DNA from: Bugula neritina
Taxonomy: Eukaryota > Animalia > Bryozoa
Direction: 5' to 3'
Length of the DNA stretch: 64,000 nt
Assembly (NCBI GenBank): GCA_964035545.1
Contig: OZ037769.1
Span: forward strand, 17,080,633 to 17,144,632
Shown: positions 47,275 to 61,449 of the stretch, in pieces
How the letters are laid out: every line of letters starts with the position of its first letter
Numbering within the stretch: the first letter of the stretch is position 1
Notes under the pieces: model-generated
Databases searched by the model: none
What the model saw: only the letters and a program-made list of their open reading frames with translations
Told to the model about the DNA's origin: nothing
Translations under genes and position numbers: made by a program

Positions 47275-50200
47275 CATCTCATTGGCTGCTGAAGATGACA
47301 GCTGAACTCTCATTGGCTGCTGAAGATGACAGCTGAACCGTCTGCTTTCAATGAAAGCAAAAACTGGTCATATTTCTGATATATAGCTGTTAACCAAGGA
47401 ACTATTTATAAGCCAAATTGTTGGCCAAAAATAAATCCTTCGCTCCTTCGTTTCTAATTTTTTTTCACAATCATACTAAGCTGCTGTTTTATTCATTTGC
47501 ATCTCAACATTATATTTGCTAACTATGCAACATAGCTATGTTATATTATATTATATAACTGAAATAAATGATATATACAATGTATATAACTACATGCATG
47601 TCTTATTATGTAACTGAAATAAATCGTAATCTGGTGAACCTGTTTTAAATATATTGATATAAAATATAATTATATAAGTAAGTGTGGTCACTACATTATA
47701 GAATATAATATTTTGTCCTAAACACCCATGATTACTCTGCAAATGTAGTTTTGTTGAAAAGTACAAGTGAAAGATTTAGAAGAGCTAATGGCGTCTTGCT
47801 GTTTGCTAAACTCATATTTCAGAGCACAAATCACGAATCACTGAAGTTAACTAGACTACATACACTGCACTGTAGTAAATAAATGGAGAGTTTCTATTGG
47901 TCAGATGAATTATCTGCAAACTTTGCTTTCTCCTTGCTGGTTGCCAGTGTTTGCTCATATAACCCTTATTTCCACCCTTGGCTAACAGGGGTGTAGCTAA
48001 CAGGGGTGTAGCTAACAGGGGTGTAGATAACAGGGGTGTAGCTATAGCAGGGGCTCTGACTATATATGGAGATAGCTGTGTGCTACAATGCTACCACTGT
48101 GTCAGAGTATTATCAAGCTTGCATGGTACTTGTTATGAGTTGCTTGACTTAATATGGCTTGTAGATCTGAACTCTGATAAAGAGATGACTTGAGATATAG
48201 GTATACTATTGATTGTTGCAAATAGAAATATTGCATATAAAGAACCTAATCAACAGGCTGAAATGGTGACTTTAGTGGTGGTGAAGCTAAACAGCTGGAA
48301 AGCTAGAGAGAGCTTTATATTATATATTAATATAATTATTATGTGTTATGGTGTGTTATAGTACATTATATTTTGTATTATGCTGTTTTAGATTCTTCTT
48401 TATTTGTATTTCATAATAATTATTATATTATGTTATATTACATCATAAGATAATATAATGCACTATATTTTATAACAATCCAGTAGAATGTAGATAGTAT
48501 TCTCCGACCAGCAGTTGGAAGTAAAAATTGTCTCCTCTACTTCACCTTGAACTTGGGCACAATAATACCTGCTTAACAACATCGGTATGAAGTATATTAT
48601 ATTTCTATATGTACTATAAAACTTATACTAGCTTGTGTAAAGTGTGAGCTAAATAAAATTAATTGCCTAGGCATAATTATAAGGCTTTAGCTGGCAAAGA
48701 GCCAAGCAAACTGTTTCTAATACACATGCATGCGCAGCTTGGTAATATTAACACCTAGTTTAGGTCTTGGGCCTAGGCCCCTAGGGGGTACTCACTTACG
48801 CCACTATAAACTAATTTATAGACTATAGTGAGTGGTAACATAAATTTAATCTTAAATACCAACAAACTTCTATATAAGATAAAAAAATTGTATTTTAATG
48901 CATTTAACAGCTGACACCATAGTCAATATCATTAAACAGGGTCATTCCACTGCAACAACCCCTTTCAGCCACTCAGTGTTCTAGCAGAACTGGGAGAATG
49001 ATGTAATCTGTATTCATTTCACACCAGATTGTTTACAATGAAGGAAAGAACTAGTTTTCTGTACTGCGATTGTGATGGGCTTGTTTTAATTCCGTATTCT
49101 ACTACCACTTCACAGCTAACGGTTATCAACCCCCCAGTTTGTTGACCTAATTACGCTACTGGCTTACGCCAACGCAAGTTCGACCTCGACTAGCGTGTAT
49201 ACTAACAGTGCCTGGATGATTATCGCGCTAGCAGCAGAACAAGCGAGTCTTACGGCAAATCTAAACCGCATTCTGGTGAGTCACCCATGCTGACTTGTAC
49301 AATTCCATATATTTATTCTGCATTACATAATTGTAATACTACATTAAATTTATTGCAAACAATTAATATTCCGTAGGTTCCACTATAAGCAATATTGAAT
49401 AAAGTCTAAACACGTTTTGCTTTTGCTTTTAGTTTTACTAGGGCTAATTTTCCATTTGTCATTAGACTTAGTTGTAGTTATACTACTACTACAGTACTAG
49501 TGTGATTGAATTTAATGTCTGATAGTTGTAGCCTAGAAGTAGAGTACGAGAGTCTTAGCAGTACCAACTCCAAAAGTAATACTAACACTAACAGTCAGTA
49601 ACTCACTTACTCAGTGACTGTGAGAGTAAGAGTGAATATTTTGGTTTATTCAGTCTGAATCTGTCTCTAGATAAAACTAGAACTAAAAGTATGAGCATGC
49701 CAGCATAATATAAGTAATAATAGTTTTACTTTCAGCTTTATTCGGTTATGTTGGGTCACCTTAATTTTCTTATTTTTCACAATCTCAGTGATACTCATAC
49801 TGATACTGATAGCCAAAGTGATTTTATGTAAATGAAAATTAAGACTTTCACTTTGAGTTTGACTAAGTTTAATTATAAATTTATCTTTCTACAGACTTCT
49901 ATAAATGACATGACATAATTATAGTGATAAGGATTAGGTGTAATACTAGCGGTTGTTAAACTGATAGAATGGTTAAATTAGGTTGACTGGGTCAAATTCA
50001 CTTCGACTACCACTATAATCAATCTAGTCAATAGTGTCATTCTTATGATAGTTATAGTAGATAATGGAATCTTTGGATTACCACACCATTGCGTGGAAGT
50101 ACCAGCATTTCTCTGCAGCAGTATAAACAGATGAGTACAGGATCAGTTTGTCAGCACTAACATATATGCTGACTCCTGACATAACTCAGGTCACATGAGC

Positions 50201-52059
50201 AAATCCCCTACTTCCTCTGCATATAATTCAATTAACATTGATGGGATTGCGTTTCAAGCTGTCTTGTGATGTGCTGACATCAATTCAGCAGATATTACGT
50301 AATCTGTTGTCAGTTTCAGTGGTTAGAGTTAGGGGGTCCACAGGGGGAACTTGAAAAATATCTTGGAAGAAATATTTTGTTGAACATGTTGAAAGTTTGT
50401 GGATGTTGTTAACTAGCATAGCAATAAATCAACCAGCCGCTTCAACCAAATATAGTTTGCATATAGATTTTAGTTCAGTAAACTTTGCTCACTTTTGAGG
50501 AGGGGGTGGGGGCAGCTGATATTCTAAGATATACTTGGCTTAGTATGATGCAGTTCTTTAGTGATAGCTAACTGTTAATTAAGGCATGAAGCACTAACCA
50601 CCATTACACACAACCTAACTCTAGATCCTACTCTACTCTCTGTAATGTAGTTTATTGCCTAGAAGTTGATGAACTATCAGGGGCTAATAACTGGGTGAAT
50701 ATTGATTGCCATTAACATAGCCTCAAGTTCCTGTGGGTGTTAGTCGTAGGCTTTTGGAGAATGTTTATTGGGATGGGAGGGTATAACAGCTGCCCATTCA
50801 ATGCGATTACGGCATCACATTATATAAAGCATACTGCTATAATAAGCAATCAATTATTTCTAAGCCTCCTGACCTAATTCCTGTTTAGCCAACATAGTGA
50901 GAAATGAGACAACTCCAATGCCTCAAGTACCTGCAAGCACCTGCCTCAAAGCTCTCTCAGACTATAAGTTTCTAGATTTCCTGTAGCCAGTTTATCAACG
51001 TTTCATTCACAACACAATATACCATATAATTATACTATACTATACAATATACAATAATTATACTGTATGATATTATACAATACAATATACTGTATAATAT
51101 TATACAGTATACAGTATATTGTATAGTATAATATATATTATACTATACAATATACTGTATACTGTATAATATTATGCTATACAGTATACTGTATAATATA
51201 ATACTATACAGTATATACTATTCAGTAGGCTATATCTTACTATACAATATATACCATATATACTCTTACAATACACAAGATATACCACATCACACATCAC
51301 ATAGTATACACTGTATATATACTATTGTCCATACTTTATTATAATTAGAAACTTAGTTCGTTTTGGGGCCATAGCATCAGTATTTTTTCAAATTAGCATT
51401 TTATTCCAATTTCTTACGAATCATTACACAATATAGTCCCAATAGTTACAGCATGCTGCAGGCTTTGTAGCATGTGTATAAATATAACAGTTTTATGACA
51501 AACTGGTGACCTACTTATGATATTACGTCATCTGCTCTGTGTTTGGTTGGCATACCTGTGATAAACTGTGATAAGATAGCAATATGATTACAAGTGATAA
51601 TATACTATTGGGACATGCCTTGTTGTAATTACATTGTAAGGAAATGATCATTAGCACACTTCCCATTCTATAGCTGGTTGGATAAGCTTGCTGTATAGTT
51701 TAGAGAAACTCTGCTATTATATATACTTCTTGCTCACTGCACAAGCTGTGTATCATGTATGCACACCATACAGTCAAACTCAATAGTAAATAAAGTAAGA
51801 CAAGTTGTTTACTGCTAGGAAAACGAGTGGTCTGGCCATGCTGTTTACAACGTTTGAGCCTATTCATAGCTATTTCGCAATATCGTGTTGTAACAGCGTG
51901 ATCAGGTAATCATGCAGCCCAACGTCGTCGTTTGTTAATAATTAAACTATGTTAAAAGGGAGGGAATACAGCAGTTTTATAGTGTCATGGTGCTTGCATC
52001 TTGATTCATACAATAATGCTGGCTAATAATATAATTGGGCACATTCTCATTCTGATGGT

Positions 52060-52361
52060 AACAGTAACAACAGTAGCAGTAATAGTGGTAGCACTAGTAG
52101 TAGTAGTAGCAGTAATAGTGGTAGCACTAGTAGTGGTAGTAGCAGTAATAGTGGTAGCACTAGTAGTAATAGTAGTAGCAGCAGCAGCAGTAGTAGTGTA
52201 GTAGTAGTAGTGTAGTAGTAGTAGTAGTGGTACTAGTAGTAGTACACTAGTAGTAGTGGTAGTAGTAGTAGCAGTAGTACTAGTAGTAGTAGTGGTAGTA
52301 GTAGTAGCAGTAGTACTAGTAGTACTAGTAGTACTAGTAGTAGTAGTAGTAGCAGTAGTAC

Positions 52362-52400
<39 letters not shown>

Positions 52401-52632
52401 TAGTACTAGTAGTAGTACTAGTAGTGGTAGTACACTAGTAGTAGTAGTAGTAGTAGTACTAGTAGTAGTGGTAGTAGTACTAGTAGTAGTACTAGTAGTG
52501 GTAGTAGTAGTACTAGTAGTACTAGTAGTAGTACACTAGTAGTAGTACACTAGTGGTAGTAGTAGTACTAGTACTAGTAATAGTACACTAGTAGTAGTAG
52601 TAGTAGTACACTAGTACTAGTGGTAGTAGTAA
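52060..52632. repeat. Degenerate (TAG)n microsatellite (also 3785-4020)
   Basis: Directly visible; source of the poly-V/L/S ORFs. Confidence 0.95.
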
Positions 52633-52679
52633 TTATTTTGCTGATGTTGCAGAAGACAATCTGAAGAGAAGCAGAAGAC

Positions 52680-55600
52680 ATGCAGCAGACGACATATCAG
52701 CCAGTGGCACAGCCTGCACCGGTTACCATAGTAACGCAGCCAGCTGCCCTCACATATGGACCTGATAAGTTCCAACCTTCTGCCTCTTCACAGATGAAAG
52801 GGTGAGAGCATAACTCTGTACTATAGTATGGTAATATAACTGTGTAATATATAATATAGCTGTGTAATATATAATATAACTGTGTAATATATATTATATA
52901 ACTGTGTAATATATAATATACCTGTGTAATATATAATATAACTGTGTAATATATAATATCGCTGTGTAATATATAATATAACTGTGTAATATATATTATA
53001 TAACTGTGTAATATATAATAATATTATTGTGTAATATATAGTATAGCTGTGTAATATATAATGTTATTGTGTAATATATAGTATAGCTGTGTAATATATA
53101 GTATAGCTGTGTAATATATAATAATATTATTGTGTAATATATAGTATAGCTGTGTAATATATAATATATAACTGTGTAATATATAATATAGCTGTGTAAT
53201 ATATAATATAGCTGTGTAATATATAATATCGCTGTGTAATATATAATATAACTGTGTAATATATATTATATAACTGTGTAATATATAATAATATTATTGT
53301 GTAATATATAGTATAGCTGTGTAATATATAATGTTATTGTGTAATATATAGTATAGCTGTGTAATATATAGTATAGCTGTGTAATATATAATAATATTAT
53401 TGTGTAATATATAGTATAGCTGTGTAATATATAATATATAACTGTGTAATATATAATATAGCTGTGTAATATATAATATAACTGTGTAATATATAATATA
53501 ATATAACTGTGTAATATATAATATAGCTGTGTAATATATAATATATATAGCTGTGTAATATATAATATAGCTGTGTAATATATAATATCGCTGTGTAATA
53601 TATATTATAACTGTGTAATATATAGTATAGCTGTGTAATATATAATATATAACTGTGTAATGTATAATATAGCTGTGTAATATATAATATAGCTGTGTAA
53701 TATATATTATAACTGTGTAATATATAGTATAGCTGTGTAATATATAATAATATTATTGTGTAATATATAGTATAGCTGTGTAATATATAATGTTATTGTG
53801 TAATATATAGTATAGCTGTGTAATATATAGTATAGCTGTGTAATATATAATAATATTATTGTGTAATATATAGTATAGCTGTGTAATATATAATGTTATT
53901 GTGTAATATATAGTATAGCTGTGTAATATATAATATAACTGCGTAATATATAATATTACTGTGTAATATATAATATAACTGCGTAATATAAAATGTTATT
54001 GTGTAATATATAATACAGCTGTGTAATATATAATATAACTGCGAAATATATAATATAACTGCGAAATATATAATATAACTGCGTAATATATAATATTACT
54101 GTGTAATATATAATATAACTGCGTAATATAAAATGTTATTGTGTAATATATAATATCACTGTGTAATATATAATATAACTGTGTAATATATCATATAGCA
54201 TTACTATCATATTGCAGACTGTCTATAGTGCAGATAATAGCTGGAGTCCTGTGTATAACGTTTGGCGTAGTGTTGCTTGTATATGATGTAAAGGATGACT
54301 ACGGGTTTGACCACACGGCCCTCGGTATCCAAGGCTATGGCATCTGGTGCGGTGTCTATGTAAGTGTGTTCTTTGATCTCTTGTCTCAGTATGTCAGTAT
54401 GTAATATGAATATAAAAGGCTCTAATTTCTTCTGCTTCTAATGTTGCACTTTTAGTGTTCATTTATTGCTGACTGTATAATTATGTTGTTTATATTCAGT
54501 TCCTGATTGTTGGCGCTCTCGGGATGGGGGCTGTCAAGTACAACTCCTCCAACTGGGTGAGTATTTTGTAGATTTTAGGCTGTGAATTATCAAGTCTGCT
54601 TTGCTGAATGAATATAGCAGAATATATTACACTCGTATTACACTTGTATTACTACTCTACTTATATTACACTCGTATCATAGATTATCAGTGTTATTGTT
54701 ACTGCAGATTATCAGTGTTATTGTTACTGCAGATTATCAGTGTTATTGTTACTGCAGATTATCAGTGTTATTGTTACTGCAGATTATCAGTGTTATTGTT
54801 ACTGCAGATTATCACTATTATGGTTACTGCAGATTATCAGTGTTATTGTTACTGCAGATTATCAGTGTTATTGTTACTGCAGATTATCACTATTATGGTT
54901 ACTGCAGATTATCAGTGTTATTGTTACTGCAGATTATCACTGTTATGATTCTCAACATCATCAGCTCGGTGGTCTTCTGTTGGTCGTTGTTGGGATACTC
55001 CGCTGGGGGTCTGGTCCTCACCGGCCTCGCTGACTGTTCCCCTTCGTACTACAGCTTCTTCTTTGTATCCTACGCCCCTTGTAACAGCAACGTACGTGTA
55101 TCACCATATACCGTTACTATATATTATAGCTATGTGATGTAGCACTGTAATATAGTACAGTATATTAACTGCATTATATTATAACAACACGATATATCAC
55201 ATATGATGTTATAACAAACAGGTAGAGAACATGTACTACGCCATGGACGGCATGCTGCTCATTGCCAGCTTCATTCAGTTCATCGTCACCATCTGGAGTG
55301 CCGTGTTGTGCTGTGGTGCTGTCTGCTCCTGCTGTAAGACTCTCAGTGGGCGAACTGTGGTGAGTTCTGGAGGTGTTTACAGTTGTGTTTACCTGTTTAC
55401 AGATGTGTTTACTTGTTTACAGACGTGTTTACCTGTTTACAGATGTGTTTACTTGTTTACAGATGTGTTTACTTGTTTACAGTTGTGTTTACTTGTTTAC
55501 AGATGTGTTTACTTGTTTACAGTTGTGTTTACTTGTTTACAGTTGTGTTTACTTGTTTACAGTTGTGTTTACTTGTTTACAGATGCAGCAGCAGGTGATT

Positions 55601-56549
55601 GCTACCTATCCCATCACACAGGGCGGAGTTTCAGTACAGCAGGGATGTAAGTTATTGCATAGTATTACCACTACCACAGCACACATAGTATTACTACTAC
55701 CACAGCACACATAGCATTACCACTACCACAGTACACATAGTATTACTACTACCACAGCACACATAGCATTACTACTACCACAGCACACATAGTATTACTA
55801 CTACCACAGTACACATAGTATTACCACTACCACAGTACACATAGTATCACTACTACCACAGCACACATAGTATCACTACTACCACAGCACACATAGTATT
55901 ACTACTACCACAGCACACATAGTATTACTACTACCACAGCACACATAGTATTACCACTACCACAGTACACATAGTATTACTACTACCACAGCACACATAG
56001 CATTACCACTACCACAGTACACATAGTATTACTACTACCACAGCACACGTAGTATTACTACTACCACAGCACACATAGTATCACTACTACCACAGCACAC
56101 ATAGTATTACTACTACCGCAGCACATTGTATAGTAATGCTTTTGCTTGGTTACATTCTATTTACGGTGGTTTTCCTAATGCTTACAGACACAGTTGCGGG
56201 TGGATATCCAATGTACCCTCAGCAAAGCTACCCACAGCAGACTGCTCAGGGATACCCCCAGCAAGGATACCCTCAACAGGGGTACCCCCAGCAGGCTGCT
56301 CAGGGCTACCCCCAGCAGGCTGCTCAGGGCTACCCTCAACAGGGGTACCCCCAGCAGGCTGCTCAGGGCTACCCTCAACAACAAGCTGCTCAGGGATACC
56401 CCCAGCAGGCTGCCCCAGGATATTCCAAGGACACCACCCAGGGATACCCTCAACAAGTTGCACCAGTACATGCAGGTTATCCAGCTCAACCCCAAGCACC
56501 CCCTGCCTACACCCCTGCTGGAGCCCAGCAAGCAGAAGTCAAGCAGTAG
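52680..56549 (+). CDS. CD20/MS4A-like four-TM protein, gene E (GYPQQ-repeat tail, PPAY)
   Basis: Exons 52680-52801, 54218-54359, 54500-54556 (57 nt), 54933-55091, 55222-55359, 55583-55646, 56188-56549; [43 protein letters not shown]...[10 protein letters not shown]; probable non-coding first exon donor near 49276. Confidence 0.9.
52830..54195. repeat. ~20-bp AT-rich minisatellite filling intron 1 of gene E, with higher-order repetition
   Basis: Unit CTGTGTAATATATAATATAA/G; a variant block at ~52940-53210 recurs at ~53210-53480. Confidence 0.93.
54680..54942 (+). repeat. 25-bp minisatellite overlapping gene E exon-4 acceptor
   Basis: Unit TGTTATTGTTACTGCAGATTATCAG, ~10 copies. Confidence 0.9.
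55372..55585 (+). repeat. 20-bp minisatellite overlapping gene E exon-6 acceptor
   Basis: Unit GTGTTTACTTGTTTACAGAT/TT, ~10 copies. Confidence 0.9.
55658..56126. repeat. 26-bp intronic minisatellite
   Basis: Unit CATAGTATTACTACTACCACAGCACA. Confidence 0.9.
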
Positions 56550-57284
56550 CCCCTTATTGTGATGTTCTCTATTGGCAGCAATCATCTCCCCTCTATTTAC
56601 TTCTAACTTATACAAGTGAACTGAAGTGTATTTTAAACACAGTGGAGTTTATGTTGCCACTTTGTTATTACATTATGGACAATTTGGGATATTTTGAAGA
56701 ATGTTGCTTTAGTTTATGACACACTTTATTTTGAGACTCTTTATTTACTAAACTATTCTCTAGTGGATACGAATCTTATGGAGCTTCTATATTATGATAA
56801 AATGGATAGCATTCTCATAGCAATGAGTTTGTCAGGTAACATGTCTATTGTCGTAGGTGCAGACATTGCCAGGTAACATGTCTATTGTCGTAGGTGTAGA
56901 CATTGCCAGGTAACATGTCTATTGTCGTAGGTGTAGACATTGCCAGGTAACATGTCTAATGTCGTAGGTGTTGACCCGGAAACCAGCACTACACGCAATC
57001 GCATTCATCAAACAACGACAATGCTGTCCAAGACACAAATTAATGAAACTTGTATTTTTTTTAAAATAAAAATGTGTTTTATTATCCAAATATAAAGAAA
57101 TAGAACTGTAATGAAGAGAAAATGTTAATGAAAAGCACAAAATAGAATGATTACTGGATGTGATTCACAGAGAGCATGGGTCACCCGTAGATTTGATCAT
57201 AGAAAGAAAACAGTGTAGATTAGAATATAGACACAGCAGTATAATATATGGTCTAGTATATTGTATATAAAGGTAGCTGGGTGT

Positions 57285-59517
57285 TTAGATGGGGTAGCTG
57301 GGTGGTGGAGCCATGTACATAGGCTGGTTGGGATACCCTCCCACAGGGGCAGCGTGGTGCACACCTACAGACACTTGGTTCACAGATGGTGCATCTACAA
57401 GTGGCAGCAGAATTTAACTTAATAACTCAATGAATGCTGACAGAGGTGTAGAGAGAGTTGAGGATATAGAGTATATAGTAACTGTAGAAGTATATAGAGT
57501 ATATAGTAACTGTAGAAGTATATAGAGTATATAGTAACTGTAGAAGTATATAGAGTATATAGTAACTGTAGAAGTATATAGAGTATATAGTAACTGTAGA
57601 AGTATATAGTAACTGTAGAAGTATATAGTAACTGTAGAAGTATATAGCGTATATAGTAACTGTAGAAGTATATAGTAACTGTAGAAGTATATAGTAACTG
57701 TAGAAGTATATAGTAACTGTAGAAGTATATAGTAACTGTAGAAGTATATAGTAACTGTAGAAGTATATAGTAACTGTAGAAGTATATAGTAACTGTAGAA
57801 GTATATAGAGTATAGTAACTGTAGAAGTATATAGTAACTGTAGAAGTATATAGAGTATAGTAACTGTAGAAGTATATAGTAACTGTAGAAGTATATAGTA
57901 ATATTATAATGAATAGGAAGTATTAAACTTACAACCAGACTGAATGGTGACTCCAGATTGAGCTGGGTAAGTAGTGATGACCTGCTGGTGAGGCTGTAGA
58001 CAGACAATAGACAGTGAGTATAGTATAATATAGTATATTACAGTATAGTATAATATAAAGATGAGAGTAATACAGTATAATATGACTCACCACTGGATCT
58101 TTACAGCACAGACAGACGGCCCCGCAGCACAGCACGGCACTCCAGATGGTGATGATGAACTCTATGATGCTACAGATAAGCATGATGCTGTCCATAGCGT
58201 AGTACGCCTTTATCTGCTGCAAGGGGCATCAGCACGGTGTATACATCCAAACAACAGAGTGAAAGAACAGACAACTTCTATTAGGTATTGGAATAATCAG
58301 AATAGTGAGATAGCAACTAGAGTTGAGTCACTGGAAACTAAGACTACCTTTAGCATGTTTCATGTTCATAGAAGGGTAAACACAACATCCCACCAGGTTC
58401 TAGAGAGAACAAACATGTAGAGTATAGTAGTATATAGTATATAGTATAGAGTAGTTACCGTCACATTGCACGTGTTGGCAGGTGATAGCAGGCTGAAGCC
58501 GTAGAAGTAGTGGCAGTCGTTGATGGAGGTCTGGACGAGGCCGACGGAGGTGTAGGTGAGGAGAGTCCAGCAGAAGAATACCGAGCAGAGGATGTTGAGG
58601 ATGAGGGTGGAGGTGATCTGTCGGCGTACAACACAACTCGTTAACTCACTCGCAGCTCGTACAGTTGATAGTACGATATATAGTTGATATACAGATGATA
58701 TGATATACAGATGATACGATATACAGATGATATGATATACAGATGATACGATATACAGATGATGCGATATACAGATGATATGATATACAGATGATAGTAC
58801 GATATACAGATAGTACGATATACAGATAGTACGATATACAGATAGTACGATATACAGTTGATAGTACGATATACAGATGATGATATGATATACAGATGAT
58901 ATGATATACAGTTGATATAGACTGAAATCTTACCCAGCCACTCGTGTTGATTCTCGCAGCACCGAGTCCAACGCCTCCGCAGATGACAAACTAGAATAAG
59001 AGAGAAGGCGACGTTAGTCTCTGTATACACAGACGTACAGACAGACAGACATACACAGACGTACAGACAGACAGACAGCTCACAGAACTAGCCGAACAAG
59101 AGAACAAATGGGACTCACGTAGGCTCCAATCCAGATCCCGTAACCTTGGAGACCAACATAATGTTGGGTGTCAACAATGTGGGAGTCAAGGACAGCCATG
59201 GCGATGCCGAATATGATGCTAATGACGCCCATAACCAGCTGCATGACGCACAGCCTGTCAACATAACACACGTAGTACTAGTTAGTACATATTATATATT
59301 ACGTATATATTACTAGTTAGTACATATTATATATTACGTATATATTACTAGTTAGCGCGCATATATATCGTCAGGAAAAGACAACTCACACTTTGATCTG
59401 AGACAAGGCAGTAGGTTGGAACTTGTCAGGCAGACTAGTGACAGGCTGGGAGACCACAGTTACGGGCGGCTGGATGGTCGTCACATTAGTAAACTGGTGG
59501 TAAGGAACCTGAGCCAT
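57285..59517 (-). CDS. CD20/MS4A-like four-TM protein, gene F (PPPSY tail), convergent with gene E
   Basis: MAQVPY...DKFQPTALSQIKV|LCVMQLVMGVISIIFG...QGYGIWIGAY|FVICGGVGLGAARINTSGW|ITSTLILNILCS...QCD|QIKAYYAMDSIMLI...CCGAVCLCCK|PHQQVITTYP...|...MAPPPSYPI*; seven coding exons with the same phases as B and E. Confidence 0.88.
57465..57900. repeat. 19-28-bp intronic minisatellite in gene F
   Basis: Unit GTATATAGTAACTGTAGAA; sense strand contains TTCTACAG. Confidence 0.9.
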
Positions 59518-61449
59518 ACTTGCTACTGCAAATACCAGAGAGACTGCATGTTATTGTAAAGCTATACTATTCTATTGCCTGCTGTTAAGGGGGACATTAG
59601 ATACTGTTGAATAACACTTCTAAGGTTTCAAGTGTCTTTATTATACAACTGAAGAGCAGTTGAGATTTCTCAGCGCTGTTATTATAAGAGCTGGTTTCAG
59701 ATGTCGTTAGAGCGACTTTTCTTCCTTGACACTCGAGTCACATGATAGCAGAGAGTCACATGACCTGACAGAACCTGAGAAAGCAAAGCTTAACCAGCTT
59801 TACAAACAGGTTTATATTGCCAACAGCTACAGAACTTTCAACAGTTCCTGTTTAATGTTGATAGGGAGTGTTTCTTGTTGAACTACCAAGTTTCCTGAAA
59901 ACTCATTACTGCGTGCCATAGTCTCATGGTGGCAGCAGACAAAGTAATTATTAAAAAAAAGTTATGAACAAAAACTACTGGCAAACACACTTGGCAAAAC
60001 ATTTCTATTTACAGTTACCAAATTACAGTAAAAGTGTAACCTTGAATAAGTAAATATATATGCCAGAGAGAAAACAACAAACAAGCAATAGCTGAAAATA
60101 TAACAAATAATGTCACTACATGTCGATACTTATTAGCATTGAATTGAGCACAGATTGAGTAATATAATAAATATTAATAAAATTGGAGCTTACAAAAATT
60201 AAATCATATATTTCATATAACTAACTATTTAATACGAACACCATAGACAGCATCATAGTCAAGGAGATCAGCACCAGTAAAAATTGAAGTCATGAGTTTT
60301 AGTTTAAGTCTCACTCTGAGTAGGATTACTATTGAGATTGTAAGACTAAGTTATTGTTAATGATGAACAATTAACTAACTTACAAGCAAGTTAAAAGACT
60401 TGAGGTGTATGCTTGGAATAAGCCAAATTATTAGTATCACTATAACTTCAAATATAAAATTGAAAACAAATACTGAAAGTGAATAGAATCAGAAATACAA
60501 TGTAAAAAAACTATTACTAATACAAATAAATAGTAATACTAATAGTGATGGTCAATTTTGTAAAGATAATTAACATTATAATCATAAAGTAAATGTTGAT
60601 CATAATGATAATGGTAATAAATACCCTTACTCTTAGTCCTAGGGCTAGTGAAACTGAATGTGGCATACTGAGTGAGAGTATGACAGTCATACTCATACTC
60701 TCACTCAGTATGCCACAATCACAATGTTACTACTTATAGTCATAGTGTAACTTACTAACTCAGTTTCATAGACTCACAGTGAATGTCATACTAATAGTAA
60801 TACTTTTTAATAATAGTAATTTAATAGTATTACATTCAGTTTCACTGCGAGTGTGAGTCTATGACACTGAGTTCGATTATCACTATGACATTGATGATCA
60901 TGATTGAATATGAATATCATGATAATCATAATGGTGATCACTATCGGTCACGATCACCATGAGTATGACTATGAGTATCACTATTACATTATTAGTATAA
61001 CTATGTCAAACTCAAAGGCAATCACTCGCAATGTGAATGTCAATGTGAAACTGAATGTGTATTTAAGTTCAATTTGAATTTGTAATTAAATTTGAATTAG
61101 TTTAAATTTTACTTGCGAATACTGAAATAGTTTGCTGTTAGCACCTGACTAACTTTTTGCTAAAATATACAATAATAAAAATATAATAAATAATATGTTC
61201 AACTTTATCAGTTACGTTTACGCTAGAGTCAGTTAGCAGTAGCGGTAGTCTTGGGAGCTACGGGCAAAATAAAAATGGCTTCCCCTTGTAAGACAAACAG
61301 TGCTAAGGGTAGGTTGCGCAATCTTTGACTGTGACACTGCCAAAGAAAACAACATATTTGCACTCTCGCTTTTGTCGTTATTCATGCCCTTACTTCGTTA
61401 TTGAATAACAACACAATACATATGCAGCGAAAAGTCAAAAACAATTTAA

